Shown here: piece after piece, positions 27,035 to 41,659 of the stretch
How the letters are laid out: every line of letters starts with the position of its first letter
Numbering within the stretch: position 1 is the first letter of the stretch
Source of the DNA: the human T2T-CHM13v2.0 reference genome, Homo sapiens
Reading direction: 5' to 3' (one strand)
Assembly: GCF_009914755.1 (NCBI RefSeq)
Contig: NC_060942.1
DNA: 64,000 nt
Notes under the pieces: model-generated
What the model was told of the DNA's origin: nothing
Database searches by the model: none
Seen by the model: only the letters and a program-made list of their open reading frames with translations
Made by a program: the position numbers and the translations under genes

Positions 27035-27780
27035 CAGCACATGCAGCAGGTGTTTACTGAGTGCCTGCTGTATACCAGGCAGTTTCTAGGGGTTGGGGGA
27101 ATAGCAGGTAACAACATGGACTGTCCCTGACCTCATGGAGCTGATATTCTAGTAGGGGTGACAGGCGGTGCACAAATACCGAGTGTGGCAGATGGTGAGG
27201 GGTGCTGTGGAGAAAAGGAAAGTGAGGAAGGGCCCTGGGCATGCTGGTTGGGAGGAGTGTGGTTTCAGGTAGGGGCTTGAGAAGGCATTTCTGAAAGGAG
27301 GCATCTGAGTGAAGATCAAAGAGACAGTACTCAGGGCAGCCATGTGTGCCACCAGACAGAGAGGTCTGTGAGGCTGGAGCAGGGTGGATGTGCCTGGTGA
27401 GTCTGAGGAACAGCAGGCGCGCAGTGTGACTGGGGCAGGAAAGAGAAGGGAGGGAGAGGAGGGTGTAGAAGGGGGTTAGGTCAGGGAGGTTTGGGGCTGG
27501 ATCAGGCGCGGTCTTGCGGGCTGGTGTAGGAACTTTGGCATTTCCTTGGAATCAAGTGAGAGAGCTTGCTAAGGTTTTGGTACAGAGCAAGGACATGATC
27601 TGACTTAGCTTTGATGAGATTGCCCTGGCAGCTGTGTGAGGGCTGACCACAGGAGGATGCAGAAGGAACATGGGAGCGGTGGTGACTTCCAGAGTGTAGC
27701 AGCAAGGTGGTGCACATGATCCCATGTAAGCTGTGTTTTGAAGGTAGAGCTGACAAACGTTGCTGATGGACTGTGTATGG
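27035..27780 (-). mobile_element. L2 LINE 3' fragment
   Basis: tttactgagtgcctgctgtataccaggc...tccctgacctcatggagctgatattctagt... typical L2a reverse-strand sequence. Confidence 0.75.
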
Positions 27781-28344
27781 AGCACAAGGGAATTAAACCA
27801 TGACATGGTGCATGATGCGTACCTCGGAATCCAGCCACAGTGGAGCAACACTGTTCATCATGTGAAACTAATGTCAAGTGGAAGGTCGTTGGCTTTATAG
27901 TTTAATTTGTATTTAATCAATGTATCTGTGTCTATTTTGTAGTTTCAGAATAGCACAGTTTATGTGTACCCTTATTATTTGTGTATATTTATACAGTGGA
28001 ATAGTTAATGACTACCTCAGGGTCCATGAGATTGTTTTTCCCCTTATGAAAGTATGTGGAGTCTTAAAGGGGCCTGAGAAACCCTGCTCTAACCACTGTG
28101 ATTATCCAGGGACTGATGGAACCGATCTGTTCCCTTACGAAGTGTCACAGTATTGGCAGGACTCTGGACAAGGACAAGGAAGGCTGCATTCCTGTGGCAC
28201 CACCAGGTGGAAGATGGAGGTATGTTCTCAGGTATGGCCAGTGTCTGCCAAGATGCAATTCCTCAGCTCTACAGTTTTACTACTTTTTCTGGTATGACAC
28301 AACTAATAGACAACCTTGCAAATCCTAGCTACTCCCATGACTAG

Positions 28345-28731
<387 letters not shown>

Positions 28732-28896
28732 TGAGCATGTGAATAATGAACTCAGTCATTTCAAGATCTTCCAAAACAATTCATTTGTTAGGGAATTGTT
28801 AGTAAATATGGCAAATAAAAATTTTTAAAAATACCTCTATTTAAAAAGATGAGTTATATATATTATTTTTCATAGATTAATCTTAGCAAGACAATT

Positions 28897-29335
28897 TTCT
28901 TAGTCCATTTTGTGTTTTGTAACAGAACACCTGTGACTGGGTAATATATAAAGAAATTGGCTCACGATTCTGGTGGCTGGAAAGTCCAGGACGGGGCAGC
29001 TGCATCTGGTGAGGGCCTCAGTCTGCTTCCACTCATGGCAGAAAGTGGAAGCGAAGTGGGTGTGTGCAAAGAGATCACATGGTGAGAGAGGATACAAGAG
29101 AGCAAAACCAAATAAGCCAGACTCTTTACCAACGGATTGTTTCTGGAACTAATCCATTCCTGCTAGAGTCAGAACTCACCCACCCCAGTGGAACGGCATT
29201 AAGTGTATTCATAATGATCCATCCCTATAACCCAAACACCTCCCGTGAGGCCCACCTCCCAACGCTATTACACTGGTGATCAAATTTCAACACAAGTTTT
29301 GGTGGGGACAAACAGACTACATCTAAAGCATAGCA
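28897..29335 (-). mobile_element. MaLR solo LTR (MSTB-like)
   Basis: ttagtccattttgtg...ggtgagggcctcag...ggggacaaac...catagca. Confidence 0.85.
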
Positions 29336-29391
29336 AGAACCTAGTGTGTAATATTGTATAATCAAAATATAAGTATTTAAAAAACATTATT

Positions 29392-29686
<295 letters not shown>

Positions 29687-30199
29687 TCACATAATGTACT
29701 GATTTACACATGTTGCTACTGTTAATGAGAATTGCATGACTGGACACTTCATTTGCATCAGCGCTTTGCTTCTGACTTGTTAATCTTAACTGTTGTGTCA
29801 CAAATAACCAGATGTGCACATTCTTATTTGTGCTTATGAACAAAGTAGTTACACTCTACTTGTGCCTTCTTTATATGCCCTTGGCTTCTTCCTTATTAAA
29901 AATATCCATGGGTGAAAGGAAAACAGTAATTGTAGACTCACAGTCACTATAATAATTTGTAATTGCTTCTGCTGTGAATCTCGGCAACATCAGGAATGAT
30001 TGAGAAGGATTGGTACATAGCCCTGGAATGCACGCCTTTCTTTTAAGGAAGCGCTTCAGAATGCCTTTGATTAAGAAGGATGTCATTATGCAGATGAGCT
30101 TGTAATTGTTCTAGTGTTTGAAAAAGGTAATAGCCCCATAATCCTAAGCACGTAGACTTGTACTGAGTATAACTCATGTGCCAGGGACTGTGCTCAGTG

Positions 30200-30707
30200 T
30201 TTGCTACCTATTGCCGCATAACAAACTACCCTGACCTCAGTGGCTCCAAATAACAACTTGTTAATATTTCTCACAGTTCTGTAGGTTGACTGGGCTCAGA
30301 TGAGCAGTGGTTAGTTATCTGAAGGCTTTGTTGCTTACCTGTCTGGTGAGCGGACCGGGCAGGCTGGGTCGGTTGGGTGCTAATCAAGCAACTCTCTCCA
30401 AGTGGCCCCTCTACCTGGGTAGCTTGGGCTTCCTCATAGCATGGAGTCTCAGGGTGGCCAGTCTTGTCATATGGTGGCTGGTTGAGTTCACAGCAAGTGT
30501 TCCAGAGCCTTGGGAGGTGGGTGCTAAAAGACTTCTTCTGACCTAGCCTCACAGATCCCAGAATGCCATTTCTACCACATTTTATTGATCAAGCATTTTA
30601 CCAAGGTAAATGCTTTGCTTCAGCCCAGAAGCAAAGAGAGGAGAATTAGACTCCACCTCTTGATGGGAGGAATAGCAAGAATTTGTGATCATCCTTAATC
30701 TACCCTA
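30200..30707 (-). mobile_element. Old MaLR LTR (MLT1G/H/J-like)
   Basis: ctattgccgcataacaaactaccc...tctcacagttctgtagg...gactccacctcttgatgggagg. Confidence 0.65.
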
Positions 30708-32677
30708 CTGAATAAGTGCTTTACATAAATTATGACATTAATAGGCTTATAAGGGCAAGTTCTATTCTCATCTTTATCTTGCTAATGAAGAGACTGCAGC
30801 ACAGGGATTTAAGTAACATGCTCAAGGACTGACTGCTAATAAAGGATGCTTCGAGCAATAGAACTAGCTTTGTATGATTCTAAATCCCAATGCACATAAT
30901 AACTTAACTGTGCCACAAACCAGTTATTTTTGTTATTGTTATATGTTACAAATTATTTGTTCAAAACTGGCATGTAGTAGGGAGAGCACCACTGGTCTGA
31001 TAGAATGGACTTTTTAAAAATAAGGGGTCTTGTATTAAAAACATAATTTAATAATTTTATTGAATAATTTGAACCAGGTTTGAAGCATTTCCATGGAAGG
31101 AAAACATGCAAATTCCCACAATGTTAGGGTCCTGGTCAGGTTCTTTGGAGTTACAGATAACTGTTTGTCATTTCTGGGAATGTATGAGATGTGCAGAGGC
31201 AAAGTCCAGTATCAGAGATGGTCTCACCTTGATGGCAGTAAAAGGCTCAAATGCGTTTATAATAATACCAACAGCAGCAGCGACAACAATATATTTGTTT
31301 AGCACTTTACAGTTTACAGTGAACTGTCCTCATGTTATTTCATTTAGTCCTCAAATAACTCTATGTGGTTGGCTTTTTGTCTTCGATCTGCAGGTGTGAA
31401 GGACAGAGGCTTAGCCATGTGAAATGTTTTTGCTCAATGTCATAAAGGCCATGCGGGAAGTGGACCCTAAGCCAGGCAGTGTGACTGCTCCAGGGTTCCC
31501 AGCTCCACAGTGCAGGAGGCAACCATTTCCAGTTCTTTTCTTCCTTTACTTTCTCATAGGATACTTTTTAAGCACTATAAATTGGGTTCAGGAAATGTCA
31601 GTTTGTGAAATGTGATCAATCCAGAAGGCCAACCTGCTGGACTGCAGGGGACTGTTAGAGATCAGAGGTTCCCAGGTCTGCTATTACAGCTGTTGGGTCA
31701 CTGTGCAAGCACTGCTGTCAGGGTGGCACAGTGGAGGGCAGATGAGCCCTGGCAGCAGGTGGACTTGGGCACGTATTCGCTGTGGCAAATCATGTAATCT
31801 CTGGGGCTCACTTTTCTCATTGCAAAATACTGACAGTTTGCGTAGATAATGCCTCTAACGGGGAACCTTGCCTGGCATGTAATATTCAAGATATTACCTT
31901 AGCAGCCTCTTCTCCCAGACTGTTTTACATCCTCGTAACTTTAAGGCTTAAGGGAGTTTAAGTAGATTGTTTCCACAAGAGGAGCTCTGGCTGAGCTGTT
32001 TTCTTTATATACTTTGCTACGGGGTCTGGCAAGTAAAAGGTGCTGAGTAATAGCTTTCAATTCACTAAATGAATACTGTAGAACATCATTATTTTCATTC
32101 ATTCGACTAAATTTATAACATACTCTAAATTTTTTATTGAAGTATAACATACAAAGTGCACTAATCTTCAGTTTAATGCACGATGGACTTTCACAAATGG
32201 AACAGACCTATGTAAACACCTGGGTCAAGAAATAATGTTACCAGCTGTCCAGAAGCCCACCCTGTTCCCCCTTCCAAGCATTACCTTAAAAAAAAAGTAA
32301 CTAGTTGTCTTGACTTCTAACACTGTAACATTTATTTTTGCTTGTTTTTAAGTTGTAGCAGATGCTTACTGTAGGATCTTTGTTTTTTTTAGGTACTTAT
32401 ACTAAGATGGCATTAATAGACGTTCTTAGGACCAAAGGGCTGGGGCAGAATGTGCTGCCATTGGGCCACAAGTGTGCAGAGACATGGATGCTGGCCTGGG
32501 GAGATGGGCTGGGTAGGCTGTGGCCCTTTGGCTTCTTCCAGCTGTAGCCATGTGGGCCCGTATGCCCTGGTGCTATGTAGATAATAGCACTTTCTCTGTT
32601 TGCTGGGATGTGAATAAGGTTGGAAAGCAGTGTCTTCAGAGGCCTTGTAAAATTGATTAAAATGAGAAGCATATTAC

Positions 32678-33004
<327 letters not shown>

Positions 33005-33142
33005 TAATTAAGCCATTTTAAAGTGCTCAAGGGTGTTTGAAAACAGTTCTCTCAAATATTAAAAATGTCTTGTTTCCATTTTTAATGAACAAAACCTTTC
33101 TGTGAAGAAAATCTTTGCTAAGATCAGTCTTTCCTCTTACCC

Positions 33143-33327
33143 CAGCTTTACTGAGGTATAGTTGACAAGTAAAAATTGAATGTCCACTTTTAAGGTATGC
33201 AATATGATGTTTTGATTGTATACATTATGAAATGATTACCACAGTTAAGCTAATTAACACATTCATTATCTCACATAGTTATCTTTTTTGTGGTAAGAAT
33301 ACTTTGAGATCTACTCTCTTAGCAAAT
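33143..33327 (-). mobile_element. Short L1MA-type 3' end insertion
   Basis: cagctttactgaggtatagttgaca...gagatctactctcttagcaaat; direct repeat agatcagtcttt at 33121 and 33328. Confidence 0.8.
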
Positions 33328-33890
33328 AGATCAGTCTTTTTAAAGTTGTTTTTAATGACTAGACTTAATGTATACTTGTAAAGAATAAAAAAGGTACACA
33401 TAGGTATAAAATGAAAAGTAAAAAAGACCACCTTTCTCTACTAATGTCTTCTATTTCTTGTGTATTTTTTAAGCTATGGTCTATGCATATGCAAACATTT
33501 TCTTGCCTTTTTCCTCTAAAGGTAAACCTTGAGTATTATTCCTTGGCCCCATGTATAGAGCAATCCCACTTATTTTAAAAGTCACATAGTGTTCTCTTAC
33601 AACAGTATATCATGATTTACTTAACTGGTGCCCTAATGATAAATGTTGAGGTAGTTTTCATTTTTTGGCTTTACAAACAATTCTGCAATAAAAATCTTTG
33701 TACCTGAATCTTAATGTACGTGAATGAAATGTATTTGTGGGATTTTCTAGAAATAGAACGTTGGGTCAGAGAATAGGAGATTGATATCTAAAAAGATATT
33801 GCAAAATTAACCTCAAATATTGTGCCAATTTACACTCCCTTTAAATGTTTGATGACATGATTTTCTACACCCTTACAACACAAAATATAA

Positions 33891-34247
<357 letters not shown>

Positions 34248-34618
34248 TAAAAATGATAATCTATTTTAATTTGCATTTCTTTATAATGACAATGGATATT
34301 TTAAAAATTTGTTTATTGACTGACTATATTTTTCTGTTACCTGCCCCTTCACATCGTTTACCCATTTTCAACTGGGTTGTTTTTGTTACTGATTTGTGAG
34401 TAATCTTTGTATATTAAGAAGCTAAACTCTTTGTTATTTGTATTGCATATGTTTTTCCTCAGTTTGTTGTTTCATGTTTCACTGTTTACTGTCTTTTAAA
34501 AAATCATACCGATATTTAGAAATCTTCATTTAGTTAACTATATCAATCTTTTGTGATTTTGATGTTTTATGTCTTGCTTAGAAAATCCTTCTCTACTCTA
34601 ATATTATAAAAGTATTTA

Positions 34619-34907
34619 GCGCGATGGCTCATGTCTGTAATCCCAGCACTTTGGAAGGCTGAGGCGGGCGGATCACGAGGGGAGGAGATCGAGACCATCC
34701 TGTCTAACATGGTGAAACCCCATCTGTACTAAAAATATAAAAAATTAGCCGGGCGTGGTGGTGGGCACCTGTAGTCCCAGCTACTCAGGAGACTGAGGCA
34801 GGAGAATGGCGTAAACCAGGGAGGGGGAGCTTGCAGTGAGCCAAGATCACGCCAGTGCACTCCAGCCTGGGGGACAGAGTGAGACTCCGTCTCAAAAAAA
34901 AAAAAAA
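34619..34907 (+). mobile_element. AluY
   Basis: gagatcgagaccatcct, gaatggcgt, gagcttgcag; TSD aaaagtatttagc / aaaagtgtttagc. Confidence 0.92.
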
Positions 34908-35588
34908 GTGTTTAGCTATATTTTGTCCTAGTACTTTCATATTTTCTTTTTTACATTTTAAATTATTTGAGCACGTGGATTTTGGGATAAAGAACCAGCT
35001 AGGGATTTAGTCTCCCCTCCCCCACCCCCCTCTAAATGCCTAGCTGGTTGCTTTAATACCATGTATTGATTAATTCATAATCATTATCTACTGGTCTGAC
35101 ATGTTATCTTTGTCATAAATGAGATTTCCATGTGTATGTGTGTCTGTTTTTGGACTCTATGTTCTATTAAAATTTTAATTAATTTCTGAATTTGAGAAAA
35201 ATCAGAGCCAGTAGTGTCCGAATTATGAATTTACCCCTGGTTGTTTTTTTACTCTTCTCTTGATGTACTTCTCACACACTGCATTCTGTTGCATAAAAAG
35301 AATAACATGGTGTTGAATGACAGATCTAAAGATGGACATTTGTCTATGTGGTAAATACGTGGTAGATTCTGGGTGATTTTTCATATGCTTCATATAAAAA
35401 ATGATCGTACATAAAATAACTTTTTTGGAAGGAACATAATCTGAGCCATTCAGATACAACGAAATCCAGCTCCTCTCTATAGCATCGCTGTGGGTGTAGC
35501 TAAAATATGAGATTTTAAGTTTAAAAACAACTTCTGCATGTTATTTGGAAATATTTTTTACTAATTTCTTACGCAGCCCAAAACTTAA

Positions 35589-35988
<400 letters not shown>

Positions 35989-36482
35989 TAGTTGCATGTG
36001 GAGAAGCTGAAATGCTATATGTAAATCCTCTTTCCTGATTACCAGCATTCTCCTAATGCAAAGTGTGTGAAGTGACAGCAGAGAAGATATCAAAGGGTTT
36101 GGTGCTTGGGACATTCTGTATTGTCAATGTGAGATGCCCAGTGAGATGGAAGTTCTGCACAGGGTGGCTGGGCGGCAGGCATTCATTTCCGTAAGCCTCT
36201 CTCTTTCCTCCTATATGGTATGTGATGAGTTTGGGGGAAAGCATCTGCATTTAAGCTCTGTTCTGGTGGAGAGAGGGAAGAGGTCTCAGTGTTTATCGTC
36301 TCCCATGAGTTGAGTGTGCAGGATCTGTAGCCAACAACTCTTGAGTTTTGAGAGTTCCATGTGAGCCTCACTACATGCTAAGTCAGAACCACAGGGTGAG
36401 TGAATGCTCTTTCTCTGCTCCATCTGGCTTCTGTCTTCTTAACAGCATATCTGCTGTTTCACATAGCTGCATATCAAGCCAG

Positions 36483-36603
36483 TTTTTTGTTTTTGAGATG
36501 GGGGTTCTCACTGTGTTGATCAGGCTGGTCTCGAACTCCTGGACTCAAGTGATCGTCCCGCCTTAGCTTCCCGAGTAGTTGGGACTACAGATATGTGCCC
36601 AGC
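36483..36603 (-). mobile_element. Alu monomer (FLAM-like)
   Basis: gagatggggg...caggctggtctcgaactcctgg...gggactacag. Confidence 0.8.
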
Positions 36604-36964
36604 TACAAGCTGGCTCTTTTATTTTTGGGGCAGTTTAACCACTTGGCATTGTCAGGTCTTCCCTAAGCTTCCCTTGGTCTTTTCTTCCATTTTGCTGTTT
36701 TTTTGGACATTAAATAATTTATTACCTCTACCAGGTGCTTGGACAGAATAAAGTAAAAGAGAGAATCGTTATGTTAGAAAATTAACTTGTGCAAGGTGAC
36801 ATAAAATTCTCTCTGCTGTTGATTCATCCATGCTGGCTTTGCCAGTGGTCATGAGGGTAACCAGTGATTCAACTGTATGGGAGGGAATCTGCCCTTTCTG
36901 AGTGGATCTCACAAGCTGATTCCTGTGTGATGATGTAAAGATGAGAACCTTTCTGGGAATTTGC

Positions 36965-37262
36965 TTTTTTTTTTTTTTTTTTTGAGGCAGAGTCTAGCTC
37001 TATCACCCTGGCTGGAGTGCAGTGGTGTGATCTTGGCTCACTGCAGCCTCTGCCTTCCGGGTTCACGATTCTCCTGCCTCAGCCTCCTGAGTAGCTGGGA
37101 TTACAGGCGTGTGGCACCACGCCCAGCTGATTTTTGTATTTTTAGTACAGACAGGGTTTTGCCATGTTGGCCAGGCTGGTCTCGAACTCCTGGCCTCAAG
37201 TGATCTGCCTGCCTCAGCTCCCAAAGTGCCTGGATTACAGGCATGAGCCACCATGCCTGGCC
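36965..37262 (-). mobile_element. Alu
   Basis: Full dimer; TSD gaatttgcttttt. Confidence 0.95.
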
Positions 37263-39470
37263 TGAATTTGCTTTTTATCTATGATAATAAGCTCCTCACC
37301 CAAACAGATAGGAATAGAACTCAGACAAATTTTAATGTGCACACATTTGCAAAGGTAGGCTTGCATTTTTCATTCACTTTCTCTTTTATATATTTACATG
37401 CGCAGAGGACAAAATGCAGAAGACACACAGGATGAGCAGCGAGAAACAATGCCCAGCCTCCGTCTCCCTCAGCTCTGCCACTCCTCTCCCCAGGAGCACC
37501 AGTCACTAGTAATGCCCTCAGAGCTCTTGGGTTCATCCAGCATGGGCTCTGCTCTGCCTATGCAGGTACCAGACCATCTGCGTCCAGGGGGACGTGGAGT
37601 CACACGCATGCAGGCAACAAGGAGAGGGCCGGTCACCGGATGAGGCTGGGCCCCTGGGGCAGGGGTTTCATCAGAGCCCTAGGTCTGCTCTGTCTCCAGA
37701 GAAACCTCCCCAGTGGCAGAGGCCCAAGTCCTGCACCCACTGCAGCAGGACAGGGCTGTAGCCAGGTGAGCAGAGGGCAGAATCCTCCCCTGGAATACAT
37801 TAGACCCTGTGGTGACATTAGTTCATGCTCAGTGCTCTGTTCACAATCTCTGGTCCTCACAACGGCCCTGTTAGCGGGTTAGGTGTGGGCATGCAGTGAG
37901 GTGGGTCCTGGAACTTGTACCCAGGCTTGTCTGACACCAGAGCCCATGCTCTCCACCACAGCCGTGTCTCCAACCTCTCCCTAGTGCTTGGTGCTACTGC
38001 AAGAACTTCTTTTTCCTTCTCCCCTTAACTGTCATGATAAAGTGACAGCATCTCAGACAAATTTAAAAATTCCCTGAAGGAATCAGCTGGTTGGCGCTGA
38101 ACTTTGCAGGGTGCCGTGAACACCCTGGGCTGGAGTCTGAATGCATTGCTTTCCTCATGCAACAGTATTGACTGAGCCACTGTAAACACACAAGAGTTTT
38201 GCTGGGTGCTGAGTGTATTGTGAGTTTTCATCGTCTGTGCTAATGCTCATCTTACTGAGCATAATAACCTGGAGCATGACCTATATTGAATTCACTTGGT
38301 GGTTGCTGCAGGATGCTTAAAGGAATGAAACTTGAGGGTAGGTTAAGGGAAGCAATGGTGATGAGCTGAGCTTTCACCAGGTGGCACCTGGCTCTGGATG
38401 CTGATGTGTTTGGATCAGTGGTAGAAAACAAGCAAATAGAATGGCGAGTTAGACAGTTTCCACTGCGCACAGCACTTGGGTGTTTTCCATGCTATAAATC
38501 TTTATTTTTTCCACTTTGGTTTGAGTGGGATCACTTCCATTGGAGCTAATCCAGAAATTGCTAATTCAGTGGGAATTGTGAGTCTATAAGTTAGGAATAA
38601 ATTGAGCTTAACATGCAATATATTGGAAATGATCCTAGATCCTGGATCCTTCCTCTTCCCAAACAGTGAGCTGTGAGGGAGTCACTCCTCCCACCAGGTT
38701 AGAACCATCCGACGTGTGCAGATGTGGCATATATGATGTATGTTCTGAGGGACAAAATGACGACCCCTGACTGCAGTGTGGCTCCAGCATTGCTTGCTTC
38801 CAGGCTGACCAGGGACAGGTGTCCTGGAAGATGGCTCTTCCTGTTCCCAGAGCTGTCCCACCCTTCAGTGTCCACAGGCATTCTGGAAGCCCAGGTTCTC
38901 CTTCATTCTGCTTAATAGCTCGGCCTAGAATTCTCATTCGTATTCTGTGCCTGGAGACCCAATCCAAACTCCAAGCCTCATTCCATTTTCCTGGGCTCTG
39001 GTTCCCTCCAGGATTCGGTCCACAGGTGGGTGTGGACAAGACTGCTGGGACCACGGCCTTGGTTCCCTGCTCTGTTGATGAGGTTCTTGGGCTCAGACAC
39101 CACCTGCAGCCCTTCTGCAGCCAGCCTCTCCGTTGCCTGCAAACCCTTGCCCATCCTTCCCTCAAGACTCCCTCAGAGACATTGTACCGTTGTTTTCTAG
39201 TGATCCTTGAAATTTGATGCAGTAGCTCTTAGAAAGAAGAGACTAGAAAAAAAATAGGAGGCATGGTTACTGGGGAGGGGGGGCTTGGTTGGTAAAAATA
39301 AGTGAATTTTGCTGGCATGGGTCAAATTCCTCCTAACTGAAAAGAGGGGAGTATCTATTAATACAAATGTAAAGAGGGGAGAAAATGTGTTCTGTTACAT
39401 GGGAGAGGCATGCCCTGTAGTCAGGAGCCTGTGTCCAGTTATGTGAGATGGAAGCTGGGGGGCAGGGTGG

Positions 39471-39512
39471 CGGGGAGGAGGGAGGGAGGGAGGGAGGGAG
39501 GGAGGGAGGGAG
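39471..39512 (+). repeat. (GGGA)n repeat
   Basis: Seen directly. Confidence 0.95.
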
Positions 39513-40148
39513 GAAGGCTAAACTAAGGTCATGCACTCAGGTCCTCAGGTACATAAGAGCTAGTATCTATCGCACTCTATATACTGACACTGGACGAACT
39601 CCTTCCCTGCACTGTCACAGCCCTGTGAGGTGTTGCTCTTCCTGTCACTATTGTGCAATTGAGATGGAAGCCTGGAGAAGTTAAATACTTGCTCAGGGCC
39701 CCGCAGCCAGTAAGTGGCAGGACCTGTGCTTACCTCCTGGCCTATGGACTCCAGCGATTGTGTTGTGAAGCCACCACACCCGCTGCCTTTCCTGAACACG
39801 GACAGGAAGCGTTACATACCTAACGAGGAGAACATGGGCAAAACCTTGCGAGTTTAAGTTGTGAGTGAGCTAAGGGTGAGCCGAGAGGATGACTGTAGCC
39901 AAGCCTGGCAGCCTGGGGAGCCTATCTGCAGGTGTGGAGGGGTGAATTGTTAGTGAAGGTGAGGAACAGCAGAAAGGAGAGGCAGGCAGGGTGCAGAAAG
40001 GATCCCGGATACGATGAACAAAGCGGGGCCCGAGGAGCCACCCCTGCGGGGGAGCAGTGGGGTGGGGAAGGACTCGAGTCTCTGGCGCCTCAGCACTGTG
40101 TGCCAGGTGAGAGACAAGTTGTGTGTGGTTTTATTCTTTCCATATCCA

Positions 40149-41008
<860 letters not shown>

Positions 41009-41065
41009 TTTCTACAAAGTCTCTTAAGGTATTGAGCACCTATTTCTCCTTTTAAAAACGGGCAA

Positions 41066-41162
41066 GCTGAGCACAGTTGTGCATGCCCATAATCCCAGCT
41101 ACTTGGGAGGCTGAGGTGGGAGGATCGCTTGAGCCCAGGAGTTTGAGATCAGCTTGGGCAAA
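41066..41162 (+). mobile_element. Alu monomer (FLAM-like)
   Basis: aatcccagctacttgggaggctgaggtgggaggatcgcttgagcccaggag. Confidence 0.85.
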
Positions 41163-41235
41163 GGGGAATTTTTCTTTCATTATCATTTTGATGTAGAAAA
41201 TCAGTAACATCTTCTTTGCCAATATGAAAACATGT

Positions 41236-41659
41236 TTTTCTTTAAGCAGAGTCTTGCTGTCAGCCAGATTGGAGTGCCATGGTGAGATAATAGCTTACCG
41301 CAGTCTTGAACTCCTGAGTACAAGGGATCCTCCTGCCTCATCCTCCTGAGTAGGTGGGACTACAGACATGCACCACCAAGCCTGGCTAATTTTTAAAATT
41401 TTTGCAGCGATGGGGTCTCACTAGGTTGCCCCGGCTGGTCTGGAACTCCTGGGCTCACACAACCCTCCTGCCTGAGCCTCCTGAGTAGCTGGGATCACAG
41501 GTGCACACCACCATGCCTGGCTAATTTTTCATTAAAAATTTTTTTTAGAGGGTCTTTCTAGGTTGCCCAGACTGGTATTGAACTACTTGCCTCAAGTGAT
41601 CCTCTCCCCTCAGCTTCTCAAAGTGATGGGATTACAGATGTGAACCACCATGCCTAGCC
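41236..41659 (-). mobile_element. Three-arm (trimeric) AluJ-type element
   Basis: Three successive monomers, two joined by cctggctaattttt linkers. Confidence 0.85.

Noticed and set aside
38635-39217. Overlapping 176-aa and 132-aa ORFs
   Set aside because: No recognisable homology or exon structure
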